Sequence record: OR670491.1
Reading direction: 5' to 3' (one strand)
DNA length: 64,000 bases
Made by a program: the position numbers and the translations under genes. Below, piece after piece: positions 28,929 to 37,278 of the stretch; position 1 is the stretch's first letter; the number at the start of each line of letters is the position of its first letter. The notes beneath the pieces were generated by a model. It saw only the letters and a program-made list of their open reading frames with translations. It had not been told where the DNA came from and searched no databases.

Positions 28929-29132
28929 TTGACAATGATTAGCATGAAATCAGTACAAAAACAAATAGAAACATTATCAAAAATTAAACGTAAACAGTAC
29001 TCGTTAGAATATACAATCAATGGTAACTATCATCTAATGAAAGAGAATAATTTTATCGTCATTGATGAATCATTGCAAGTTATTAGTATAGTACTGAAAG
29101 CATTAATCAATGACAGAAAAAAATTAAAATAA
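28929..29132 (+). CDS. hypothetical protein
   Basis: 67 aa ORF, weak RBS. Confidence 0.4.
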   Translation: MTMISMKSVQKQIETLSKIKRKQYSLEYTINGNYHLMKENNFIVIDESLQVISIVLKALINDRKKLK

Positions 29133-29136
29133 TCTA

Positions 29137-29220
29137 TTGACAATATCCTCCAGTACTGGCATAATACTTACATCAAGACGAGAACGTCGCTAACCCATAG
29201 GGTGCACAAATGTAACTATA
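29137..29220 (+). ncRNA. orphan promoter + CCCA-GGGTGC element
   Basis: TTGACA-17-CATAAT...CTAACCCATAGGGTGCACAAATGTAACTAT. Confidence 0.4.
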
Positions 29221-29227
29221 TAATATC

Positions 29228-29300
29228 GATCAATAAATGATCAAAAAAGTACTGGATCAATTTAGCATAAGGCGTATAATTCTGATCAATTCTTGATCAA
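29228..29300 (+). promoter_or_regulatory. GATC cluster around a TATAAT box
   Basis: GATCAA at 29228, 29239, 29255, 29284, 29295; TATAAT 29275-29280. Confidence 0.6.
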
Positions 29301-29461
29301 AGGCAATATACGCAGTTGAATTTATATAGACAGTACAAAGGCGTTACTATCCGTGGTAATGCTGGTGGATATGTAGTATCATATGGTTTGAATAAGATAA
29401 ACACTAGTAGTATTATTGTAGCATTACAGTACTATAGTATTTTTATAATGAGGTTAAAATA

Positions 29462-29719
29462 ATGGCAGTAGGATACGCGAAAGACGGGGCCGAACAAGAC
29501 GAGATTCACGCAGTGATTCAGGCCGCCGTTAACCACGCTAGAAAGCAAATTAACGCACAAAGAGAATCACTGGTACATTGCCTCGACTGCGGCGATAAAA
29601 TCCCTGAGAATCGACGCCAGGCCGTTATAGGGTGCATGTATTGTATTACTTGCCAGGAGGATCATGATAGTACTTTTAAAAGAGATCCGCGTAATTGTTG
29701 GCATAGATCTATGAGATAA
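29462..29719 (+). CDS. DksA/TraR family C4 zinc-finger protein (YbiI-like)
   Basis: CLDCGDKIPENRRQAVIGCMYCITCQ; N-term G-Y-A-x-D like YbiI. Confidence 0.9.
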   Translation: MAVGYAKDGAEQDEIHAVIQAAVNHARKQINAQRESLVHCLDCGDKIPENRRQAVIGCMYCITCQEDHDSTFKRDPRNCWHRSMR

Positions 29720-29782
29720 AAAGTATTGACAGTACTGAAAGATAGTGTATAATGTTTTATATCTTAACTGAGGATAGTAATC

Positions 29783-30139
29783 ATGGGAATACAACATATC
29801 ACGCGTACTACTGACAATGGCGAGATCACTGGTTATCAGGTACAGGGCAAAGTAGCACAATTGCAGTACTGGTTTGTTAAACGTGGAATCATTGCACCGG
29901 ATCTTGATTATGACCGTGTAGCGTTTATTGATTCTCTTTATGTTGATCCTGATAGTCGGGGCAATGGTGAAGGTAACGAATTAATGAATGCCTTTATTGA
30001 TGCCGCCGATGATTCAGATTGTATCATCTTAGAATGCGATACGGGAGAAGATAACGCCTTTAATCTTAAAGAATGGTACGAAGGTTTCGGATTCGAGGTA
30101 CTGATCGATAGTGAATATCCTATCATGATTTTATCATAG
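29783..30139 (+). CDS. GNAT family N-acetyltransferase
   Basis: motif A LYVDPDSRGNGEGNELM and C-terminal WYEGFGF. Confidence 0.8.
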   Translation: MGIQHITRTTDNGEITGYQVQGKVAQLQYWFVKRGIIAPDLDYDRVAFIDSLYVDPDSRGNGEGNELMNAFIDAADDSDCIILECDTGEDNAFNLKEWYEGFGFEVLIDSEYPIMILS

Positions 30140-30217
30140 TACTTGCATTTAGTTTTCAGTACTGTTATAGTACTTGCATCAAGGGGAAACATCTTCCCCT
30201 ACTAAGAGGAAATAAAA

Positions 30218-30406
30218 ATGGAAAACTTATCAAGTATTTTAGTACAAGATGATTTCGGTAATCCTGGAAGTGCTATCATTGTTCGGGGCAATAAAGCAAC
30301 GTTTGTTATTGCTGGTGGACCCGTACAGCGTAGCATTAAAAATAATGCTGTTACCATTAATAATGTACGCTATCGCTTAGATAAAGAATTAATTCATAAA
30401 CTGTAA
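30218..30406 (+). CDS. hypothetical protein
   Basis: own cassette. Confidence 0.7.
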   Translation: MENLSSILVQDDFGNPGSAIIVRGNKATFVIAGGPVQRSIKNNAVTINNVRYRLDKELIHKL

Positions 30407-30433
30407 TATTAATTTAATAGAGGATAACAATAA

Positions 30434-30757
30434 ATGTACATTCATACTACTATCACAAAGGAAGTCCGTTGCCAGTTCGAAAGTATTCCGGGCGTATGTT
30501 TCATCACTGGTACGTTTTCCCCTGGTGATCGTGATAATCCAGTACTGTTACAATTACGCCATCCATCATGGGATAAAGCATTTGATCTACCGTTGAATGA
30601 ATTCGCAACTACTGCTGAAAAGTACATTAAAAATATTCGCGAGAATGATCGACTATTCATTAATGCTTTTAGTGATGCCGCGTTAAGTGAGATCCATGCT
30701 GTATTGGTTGCAATCATGGAATCAATGGAGAAAACTATATTCAAACAAGGTGAATAA
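30434..30757 (+). CDS. hypothetical protein
   Basis: GAGG RBS. Confidence 0.75.
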   Translation: MYIHTTITKEVRCQFESIPGVCFITGTFSPGDRDNPVLLQLRHPSWDKAFDLPLNEFATTAEKYIKNIRENDRLFINAFSDAALSEIHAVLVAIMESMEKTIFKQGE

Positions 30758-30840
30758 AAACTATTGACAATGCAATCCAGTACTGTATAATAGTTTACAT
30801 GAAGGAGAGAAATGATTCTCCCCACTAAGAGGAAAGAAAA

Positions 30841-31053
30841 ATGCAAGGTCAACTAATCGTTCGTAAATGGTCTGATACTAACGAAAAACCGTGGGATGTA
30901 CAATACATCGCCCCAAATGGTGAATCCAGATATCAACCAGGTGTAACGCATAGTACTGAGCAATTCGCCGCCGCTCATCGCGAACGTCTGTTACAATCAA
31001 TGCAGCAAGGTTCCGGTGAAAAATTCATTCAGGATCATTGGCTGAAAGATTAA
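30841..31053 (+). CDS. hypothetical protein
   Basis: own cassette. Confidence 0.75.
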   Translation: MQGQLIVRKWSDTNEKPWDVQYIAPNGESRYQPGVTHSTEQFAAAHRERLLQSMQQGSGEKFIQDHWLKD

Positions 31054-31139
31054 AAAGTACTTGCACAGTACTGAATAAAGTGTATAATGTTTTATATCGG
31101 AAGGGGAATAGTTCCCCTCCGAACAAAGAGGAAAGTATA

Positions 31140-31313
31140 ATGGTCCAGGTAGAATTAACAGTACTGAAAGATCTGTTTTATCGGATTGGTACTACTGGCG
31201 AATATCCGAAGGGTGATAATGCAAAACTTTACGTATCACTCGACTTATGGCAACGCGAACAATTAGCAACGGCCTGGCGTAAAGGCAAAGCAGATAGCGA
31301 GGTGAAAGCATGA
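31140..31313 (+). CDS. hypothetical protein
   Basis: ATG 31140 behind cassette. Confidence 0.65.
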   Translation: MVQVELTVLKDLFYRIGTTGEYPKGDNAKLYVSLDLWQREQLATAWRKGKADSEVKA

Positions 31314-31459
31314 AAGAATTCTTATTTGAAGTAGTGTTTCAAGGTGTCGGTAATAACCAACTGATTCGATCAAGTGGTTATAATGTTAACCAGGCATGGA
31401 ATAACATTAAACAAATGTACCCGAACGCTATCACATATCGCAACCCGAAAGAAGTTTAA
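31310..31459 (+). CDS. hypothetical protein (49 aa)
   Basis: ATGA overlap, GAGG RBS; translated by hand. Confidence 0.55.
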   Translation: MKEFLFEVVFQGVGNNQLIRSSGYNVNQAWNNIKQMYPNAITYRNPKEV

Positions 31460-31470
31460 AAATAATTGAA

Positions 31471-31554
31471 AAAGGGATTGACTCCGGTCAGTCCCTTTGT
31501 TATTATATACGCATAGAAACAAATTAGCCCACCGGGTGCATAAATGTATCTATT
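31471..31554 (+). ncRNA. hairpin-embedded orphan promoter + CCCA-GGGTGC element
   Basis: TTGACT-17-TATTAT; TTAGCCCACCGGGTGCATAAATGTATCTAT. Confidence 0.4.
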
Positions 31555-31631
31555 GTTTGCTGGTGGCTAGTACTGAAAACTATTTTTAAAAAGTACTTGC
31601 ATTGTACTTAGAATCAAGTATAATGTTTTAC

Positions 31632-31704
31632 ATCAGGACGGGGAACGAAATAAGTAACCCCGTTAAGTAGTCCAGGAGTAAGACATACGAAAAACTCCCC
31701 TGAT
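31632..31704 (+). ncRNA. candidate structured small RNA / leader, copy 2
   Basis: closely similar to 21231-21305 with all three stems retained. Confidence 0.55.
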
Positions 31705-31773
31705 AAAATAGTTTGACAATAGAAAGTAAACGAGTATAATACTTACATCAACCACTGATAAGGAAACATAAAA

Positions 31774-32049
31774 ATGCGGATTCTACTGACAGCTAACGAA
31801 ATCGAACAAGTACTGACTACTAATCTGGAACAATGGAAACGTGAAGCAGATATCCAGGCGGTTCAATGCCTTAACGATAAGTTAACGCCAGATGACTTAA
31901 GCACGATTGTTGATCCACAATTTTATGAAGATATTCACGACACGTCTTTAAGCGTCGAGGATGTACTTGATAAGCACTACATTGATACTGATTTACATGT
32001 TTACGGTCGTAAAAACTTTATCACTATTCACGACATTTACAATACTTAA
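31774..32049 (+). CDS. acidic hypothetical protein
   Basis: own promoter and RBS. Confidence 0.75.
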   Translation: MRILLTANEIEQVLTTNLEQWKREADIQAVQCLNDKLTPDDLSTIVDPQFYEDIHDTSLSVEDVLDKHYIDTDLHVYGRKNFITIHDIYNT

Positions 32050-32135
32050 GTATTGACAAAGTATCTTAGTACTGTATAATAGTTTACATCAAGGGGGGGA
32101 ATGGTTCCCCTCCTAACTAAAAGAGAGAAATAAAA

Positions 32136-32318
32136 ATGGCTAAGTGCACTATCTGTAATAAAGAAATAGTATTAGTTCCAAGTGCCCGTGAACGTGCCGC
32201 TCGGTTCGGTGGCAAAGCGTCAGACTATACAAAAATGTTTACTACCCATACAGCTTGCCAGGTAGCAAAACGTTCACAAGAAAGCGTAGAATTAATGCGT
32301 AAACTTTCCAAAAAATAA
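32136..32318 (+). CDS. small putative metal-binding protein
   Basis: CxxC ... HxxC. Confidence 0.7.
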   Translation: MAKCTICNKEIVLVPSARERAARFGGKASDYTKMFTTHTACQVAKRSQESVELMRKLSKK

Positions 32319-32406
32319 GTATTGACAAAGTATCTTAGTACTGTATAATAGTTTACATCAAGGGGGGGGGAATGGTTCCCCTCCTAACAAAGAGAGAGAA
32401 ATAAAA

Positions 32407-32730
32407 ATGGCTATGATCCTTACCCAGAAAGTAGAACTGAAAATTGTAACCTCCTTTGACATTAAAGTTAATCGGTGGACTGATAGCCACGGCAATACTT
32501 ACCACTCCTGCTACGTGTCCGCATTGATTGGTGATCGCTGGGAAGACCTGGGACACGAAACCTTTACATACGGTTACGGCACACAAGGCGAGTACACGGG
32601 TTTAGAAATCATTAAGGAAACTGTAATAGGTTTCAACCCGAAAGAGAAAGTACTACACAGAATTGAGAAAGAGATCAACAAAGAAATTACAGTTCGCTAC
32701 TACGATGTAAAACGTAAGAAAGACATGTAA
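32407..32730 (+). CDS. hypothetical protein, paralog of 25558..25881
   Basis: shared motifs; upstream cassette almost identical to that of 32136. Confidence 0.8.
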   Translation: MAMILTQKVELKIVTSFDIKVNRWTDSHGNTYHSCYVSALIGDRWEDLGHETFTYGYGTQGEYTGLEIIKETVIGFNPKEKVLHRIEKEINKEITVRYYDVKRKKDM

Positions 32731-32820
32731 TAGAATCCATTTAAAGTACTATTTGACATTGCCCAGATAGTACTTTATAATAGACTCTAACTTGTAGTAC
32801 TAATTAACTTAACTAATAGG

Positions 32821-33225
32821 ATGTACACCATGATTACTAAATTCTTCGCTACCCGTGAACAAGCTCGCATCGTTGCCCGTGAGGAAGGTGAAACATTTAA
32901 AGACATGGGTAAAGATTCTCCTACTGGTAAACGCTGGGCGGTACAGTTCAAAGAGATCTCTGATATTGTGAATTCACCTGAGCCTGTACTTACAGCAGCA
33001 GAACTAAAGCAAGCTCAAGAACTGGCTGAAGTACTGAACGCTCAAGATGACTTCTTGAAAGGTTCTGATATTGAAGTTACAGTTAACGCAAATGCATGGA
33101 CTCACGCGGATCACCTGGCAAACCTTAAGCGTCCAAGTGAACTGATTCGTAACCAGAAAGAGATCCGTCATGACCGTAAAGGAAACCGTGTTACCGTATA
33201 CAGTAAACGCCGCCAGGTTATCTAA
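32821..33225 (+). CDS. hypothetical protein, paralog of 20361..20627
   Basis: shared motifs with a longer central insert. Confidence 0.8.
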   Translation: MYTMITKFFATREQARIVAREEGETFKDMGKDSPTGKRWAVQFKEISDIVNSPEPVLTAAELKQAQELAEVLNAQDDFLKGSDIEVTVNANAWTHADHLANLKRPSELIRNQKEIRHDRKGNRVTVYSKRRQVI

Positions 33226-33289
33226 TACCTTGCAGTACTAACCAACACGGCGGGAAGACAGTTCCCGCCTTTTTTATAGGACAAACAAA

Positions 33290-33544
33290 ATGATTAAGGT
33301 TCAACTATATAAAGATAACATCTTACGGGTACACTATAAAGCACCTCAGAGAATCATCACAAAGGCCGTACAGCTTGCTAATGAGTTTATTAATGGTAAC
33401 CTATTACCTAGGAAGTTAAGCAACGGGAAACTGCGTGTAATCGACGTGGACACTAACAACAGGATAGTAATCGAGAACACAGGAAAGATAAACCTTTATG
33501 AGCATCAACAATACAATAAGAAAATAAAACTAATATCACGTTGA
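33290..33544 (+). CDS. hypothetical protein, possibly ParE/RelE-like fold
   Basis: RKL...VIDV...RIV...EHQQYN pattern; weak. Confidence 0.55.
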   Translation: MIKVQLYKDNILRVHYKAPQRIITKAVQLANEFINGNLLPRKLSNGKLRVIDVDTNNRIVIENTGKINLYEHQQYNKKIKLISR

Positions 33545-33597
33545 CAGTACTCAATTGTTTTAGTACTATGTACACATACCAACACGGGAGAAACAAA

Positions 33598-33816
33598 ATG
33601 AAATTATCTAAAATCGAAAAGAAAACTATTGATGAAGCAGTTAAGCACGGTTATACCTTTCGTAATGATTCACATTTTACCAATTTTCAACAAGGGTATC
33701 GTACTATTAAAAAACTAATTGACAAAGGTTTATTAGTTGAAGTCAATAACGGTAACGGTATCGAGTATCAACCAACACAGGACGCATTTTATTTTAAGAA
33801 ATATAATATTATCTAA
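33598..33816 (+). CDS. hypothetical protein, possible winged helix
   Basis: TIKKLIDKGLLVEV; own promoter. Confidence 0.6.
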   Translation: MKLSKIEKKTIDEAVKHGYTFRNDSHFTNFQQGYRTIKKLIDKGLLVEVNNGNGIEYQPTQDAFYFKKYNII

Positions 33817-33874
33817 TTGACAGTACTCAAATGTTTTAGTACTATATGTACATACCAACACGGGGGGAAACAAA

Positions 33875-34117
33875 ATGATTACTTTAGAAAAACGTATCAA
33901 AGAAACTACATCGCTGGTGGAACTGTTAACAGTACTCAAATGTAAAACAGCACCATTCAGCACGCCGGACTTTATTAATATGGTTGATGTTAATGGTCGC
34001 TATCGTATCACGGTCGAACAAGGAGCGGCGAAAGTATTCAGTACTAAAAACACGAAGGAAGTGATCCACGCCGTTAATGTTAAAAAAGTAGTTGCCATTG
34101 ATAGTAAAGTACTGTAA
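33875..34117 (+). CDS. hypothetical protein
   Basis: promoter cassette duplicated from 33541. Confidence 0.7.
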   Translation: MITLEKRIKETTSLVELLTVLKCKTAPFSTPDFINMVDVNGRYRITVEQGAAKVFSTKNTKEVIHAVNVKKVVAIDSKVL

Positions 34118-34148
34118 TATAGTTTCATTAACTCAAGGAGATCATGCA

Positions 34149-34733
34149 ATGCGTAATTATACAAAATTCATCCGTACACTGTCAGAAATGGAAACCAACA
34201 AAGAGATCCTTTCAGCTTGTCGGTTAGCTGACCTGGAGATCATCGGTGCTGGTTCTTCCCGTATAGTTTTCGCTTTAAATGATCGGTTAGTGATTAAGGT
34301 CGCGAATTGTGATGCGGGTGTAGAACAAAATGAAACTGAATGTAAGGTATGGAATTTTTTAGACTATGACCGCCCTCAGTTGAAACAGTACTTTGCAAAG
34401 GTGCATATGCATTTATGCGATCCTGATAATATGTTTATCGTTATGGATCGGTTGAGTACTGCAAGCAAAGGCAGTGTGAAGCACGTAAACGCGTGCAATG
34501 AATTAAAGTACAATATTAAACGTAATGCAATCGAACGCCAGCACCGCTTTGCTGATGCACTACAACACGTTGATGATACATTATCAACACTAACGATAAG
34601 AGATATCAGAAAACAGAATATCGGCCAGGATCGTAATGGACTTATTAAAGTACTTGATTACGGTTTAACCAGCAATATCTGGAATCAGTACTATAAAAAG
34701 CGTGATGTGGCAGCAAGTAAGGTAACACGATAA
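34149..34733 (+). CDS. protein kinase-like (Ser/Thr kinase fold) protein
   Basis: Gly loop IGAGSSRIV, VIK lysine, QNETE helix C, catalytic RDIRKQNIG, LDYG; AAGGAG RBS before ATG 34149. Confidence 0.85.
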   Translation: MRNYTKFIRTLSEMETNKEILSACRLADLEIIGAGSSRIVFALNDRLVIKVANCDAGVEQNETECKVWNFLDYDRPQLKQYFAKVHMHLCDPDNMFIVMDRLSTASKGSVKHVNACNELKYNIKRNAIERQHRFADALQHVDDTLSTLTIRDIRKQNIGQDRNGLIKVLDYGLTSNIWNQYYKKRDVAASKVTR

Positions 34734-34745
34734 AAAAGATTAAAA

Positions 34746-34834
34746 AAAGGGATTGACTCCGGTCAGTCCCTTTGCTATTATATATCCATTGAGAGATAAC
34801 TCACTGACCCATAGGGTGCGGAAGTGTATCTATT
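34746..34834 (+). ncRNA. hairpin-embedded orphan promoter + CCCA-GGGTGC element
   Basis: TTGACT-17-TATTAT; CTGACCCATAGGGTGCGGAAGTGTATCTAT. Confidence 0.4.
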
Positions 34835-34955
34835 ATATAAGTATTCAGTACTGAAAACTATTTTTAAAAAAGTACTTGCATTGTACTTAGAATCAAGTAT
34901 AATGTTTTATATCGAGAGGGGGAAATGGTTCTCCCTGGCAATAAGGAATAAAATC

Positions 34956-35177
34956 ATGACTACAATGACTTGCATTTACGCTTCCAATCGTCTGAATGAT
35001 GCGGCCTTTAATGTTGATTCAGAATATCAATGTTATCGGGATGAAAATAAAAAAGTTTTTGTAGTTGATAATAATGGTTTCCATATTGAATTACAATCCG
35101 GCTTCACTGGTGTTGATGGTAAATCAGTATGGGGCGTACAGGATGATAAAGGCACATATCATTTTAAACGTAATTAA
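34956..35177 (+). CDS. hypothetical protein
   Basis: ATG 34956 behind cassette. Confidence 0.7.
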   Translation: MTTMTCIYASNRLNDAAFNVDSEYQCYRDENKKVFVVDNNGFHIELQSGFTGVDGKSVWGVQDDKGTYHFKRN

Positions 35178-35260
35178 GTATTGACAAAGTATATCAGTAC
35201 TGTATAATAGTTTACATCAAGGGGAGAATAGTTCTCCCCGATACTAAAAGGAATAAAATC

Positions 35261-35665
35261 ATGACTACTACTAATCTTGCTCGGAATATCGCCAACGATA
35301 AAAATCATGCTGCAATGGTTGTTGGTTACATTGAAGCTATGCAATTCAGTACTGTACACAATGAGAACGGCGATTACCTGGAAGATTATGAATTATCAGA
35401 GCAAGCCCATCAAGCGGCAGTGATTGCATGTTCTCGCTTCATTGAGAAACACGGTAATGATCTGGAAGTAGTTCGCGGTATGTTTATTGATTACGGTTAT
35501 GAGCAAGCTGGTCATGATCTGTTCCTTACCCGCGAAGGTCACGGAACTGGTTTTTGGGATCGTGGTTTAGGTCACTATGGCGATGTATTCACGAAGTACT
35601 GCGAAGAAATCAACGTTTGCGATCCCTATGTAGGCGATGATAATCTAATCTATATGGGCGAATAA
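35261..35665 (+). CDS. conserved hypothetical phage protein (GHDxxLTRxGHGxGFWDR)
   Basis: own cassette; His/Gly-rich motif. Confidence 0.8.
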   Translation: MTTTNLARNIANDKNHAAMVVGYIEAMQFSTVHNENGDYLEDYELSEQAHQAAVIACSRFIEKHGNDLEVVRGMFIDYGYEQAGHDLFLTREGHGTGFWDRGLGHYGDVFTKYCEEINVCDPYVGDDNLIYMGE

Positions 35666-35752
35666 AAGTATTTGACAAAGTATATCAGTACTGTATAATA
35701 GTTTACATCAAGGGGAGAATAGTTCTCCCCGATACTAAAAGGAAACAAAATT

Positions 35753-36025
35753 ATGTCCAGCTACTCCGCTACTATGATCATTAAAGATATGAACGGTAAT
35801 CCTACTTCTGCTGGTGGATCATTTGGAAACATTAATTTAGATGGTCGGTTATCCATGCAATCAGCAATCGATGCAGCGAAAGAAGTTTTTAAGAATGAAT
35901 GTACTGTTAGTAAGCTGGATTATATGGGATTTGCTATCGAAAAAACTAATCGTTTTGTGGACTACAAAAAACCACTGATGATTGATACTAACCTGAAAGC
36001 AAACGAAGTGGAGTACTTATTATGA
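35753..36025 (+). CDS. hypothetical protein
   Basis: cassette almost identical to that of 35261. Confidence 0.75.
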   Translation: MSSYSATMIIKDMNGNPTSAGGSFGNINLDGRLSMQSAIDAAKEVFKNECTVSKLDYMGFAIEKTNRFVDYKKPLMIDTNLKANEVEYLL

Positions 36026-36213
36026 CAGTTGAAGAAGTTAAAAAAGTACTGGCAGTACTACGCTATCATAATCATTGTAAGGTGAAGAATGATCCTGATT
36101 ATCTTGATTCATCCCTGGAAGAGGATACACTACAAGCAATAAGCCATATGCAAACATTAGCAAAGCGTATGACCGAAAAGAATAGACCGGACTATATCGG
36201 AAATAAAATTTAA
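36022..36213 (+). CDS. hypothetical protein
   Basis: overlapping start, GGAG RBS. Confidence 0.6.
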   Translation: MTVEEVKKVLAVLRYHNHCKVKNDPDYLDSSLEEDTLQAISHMQTLAKRMTEKNRPDYIGNKI

Positions 36214-36299
36214 AAAGTACTTGCATTGTAGTTAGATTAACGTATAATGTTTTACATAGAGCGGGGGAATAGTTCTCCCGCCAGTCCAGGAGATACACC

Positions 36300-36563
36300 A
36301 TGAACACTATCGAAATCACTATCAATGCACACGTATACGACAACGTAATCATGCAAACTACTATGACCGCTAATGATACCAGTACTTTGCGGAATACTGT
36401 TATTAGTGCTGTATGTGCCGCTATCGGTGATGTCGCCCTGGAAAATGCAAAACACGTAAACGATGGTTTCACTATGTGCAAACGTGATAACGCAAAACAT
36501 ATCATCGTGGAAGGTTACGGCGGTGTAGAATTTAATGTTTATATGAAAAAAGTACTTGCATAA
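36300..36563 (+). CDS. hypothetical protein
   Basis: own cassette. Confidence 0.75.
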   Translation: MNTIEITINAHVYDNVIMQTTMTANDTSTLRNTVISAVCAAIGDVALENAKHVNDGFTMCKRDNAKHIIVEGYGGVEFNVYMKKVLA

Positions 36564-36630
36564 TAACTAAAACAAAGTATAATGTTTTGCATAGGGGGAG
36601 ATATCCTCCCCCACTAAAAGGAGTAATAAA

Positions 36631-36855
36631 ATGGCTAACTTTGATGAACTGATGCGGGAAGTAGCTAACCTGGCAGAAGAGAAGAAATCATTCGATTCTA
36701 TCTATAACACCGCTCACCGTGATTCAGTACTGGCATGTAACCAGGATCAAAAAGATGAACTAATCGCCACCTATCATGAAGCATGGAAGTACTACCGACA
36801 ATGGGAGAAAGAAGAAAGTGAGTCTACCATTGACGGCCTCAATAATCTAATCTAA
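36631..36855 (+). CDS. acidic helical hypothetical protein
   Basis: own cassette. Confidence 0.75.
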   Translation: MANFDELMREVANLAEEKKSFDSIYNTAHRDSVLACNQDQKDELIATYHEAWKYYRQWEKEESESTIDGLNNLI

Positions 36856-36931
36856 AAGTTTTATTTCAGTACTATTGACATAGCTTGATAGTACTGATGT
36901 AATAACTTTACTAACTACAAGGGGAAACATA

Positions 36932-37189
36932 ATGGATCAGTTCACACAATATCGGGTAAATCATCAAGCTATGGCCTACGTAGAAGACCATAAAACGTTA
37001 CCAGTACTGCAACCAGTTAAAGGCCATATCTATCGTGCAATGTCGTGGTGTACGGCCCAGGATGGCTATAAAACCGTAGCCGTTGGTATGTATTGCGGTA
37101 ATGGTGAATGGTTTGATCCAAATAATCCGGTAGCCATTGACAGTACTGAAAAAATGAAATGGGCCGACTACATCGAAGATATTTCATAA
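36932..37189 (+). CDS. hypothetical protein
   Basis: own promoter. Confidence 0.7.
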   Translation: MDQFTQYRVNHQAMAYVEDHKTLPVLQPVKGHIYRAMSWCTAQDGYKTVAVGMYCGNGEWFDPNNPVAIDSTEKMKWADYIEDIS

Positions 37190-37278
37190 AAACTATTTGA
37201 CAGTACTAACCAGTAATGTATAATGTTTTACATAGAGCGGGGAATAGTTCTCCCGCCAATAGTTTGGAGTAAAACATT

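Noticed and set aside
31530-31560. Resemblance of GGTGC-ATAAA-TGTAT to the XerC arm of E. coli dif
   Set aside because: Spacing is one base shorter than in dif and no XerD arm (TTATGTTAAAT) follows in any copy.
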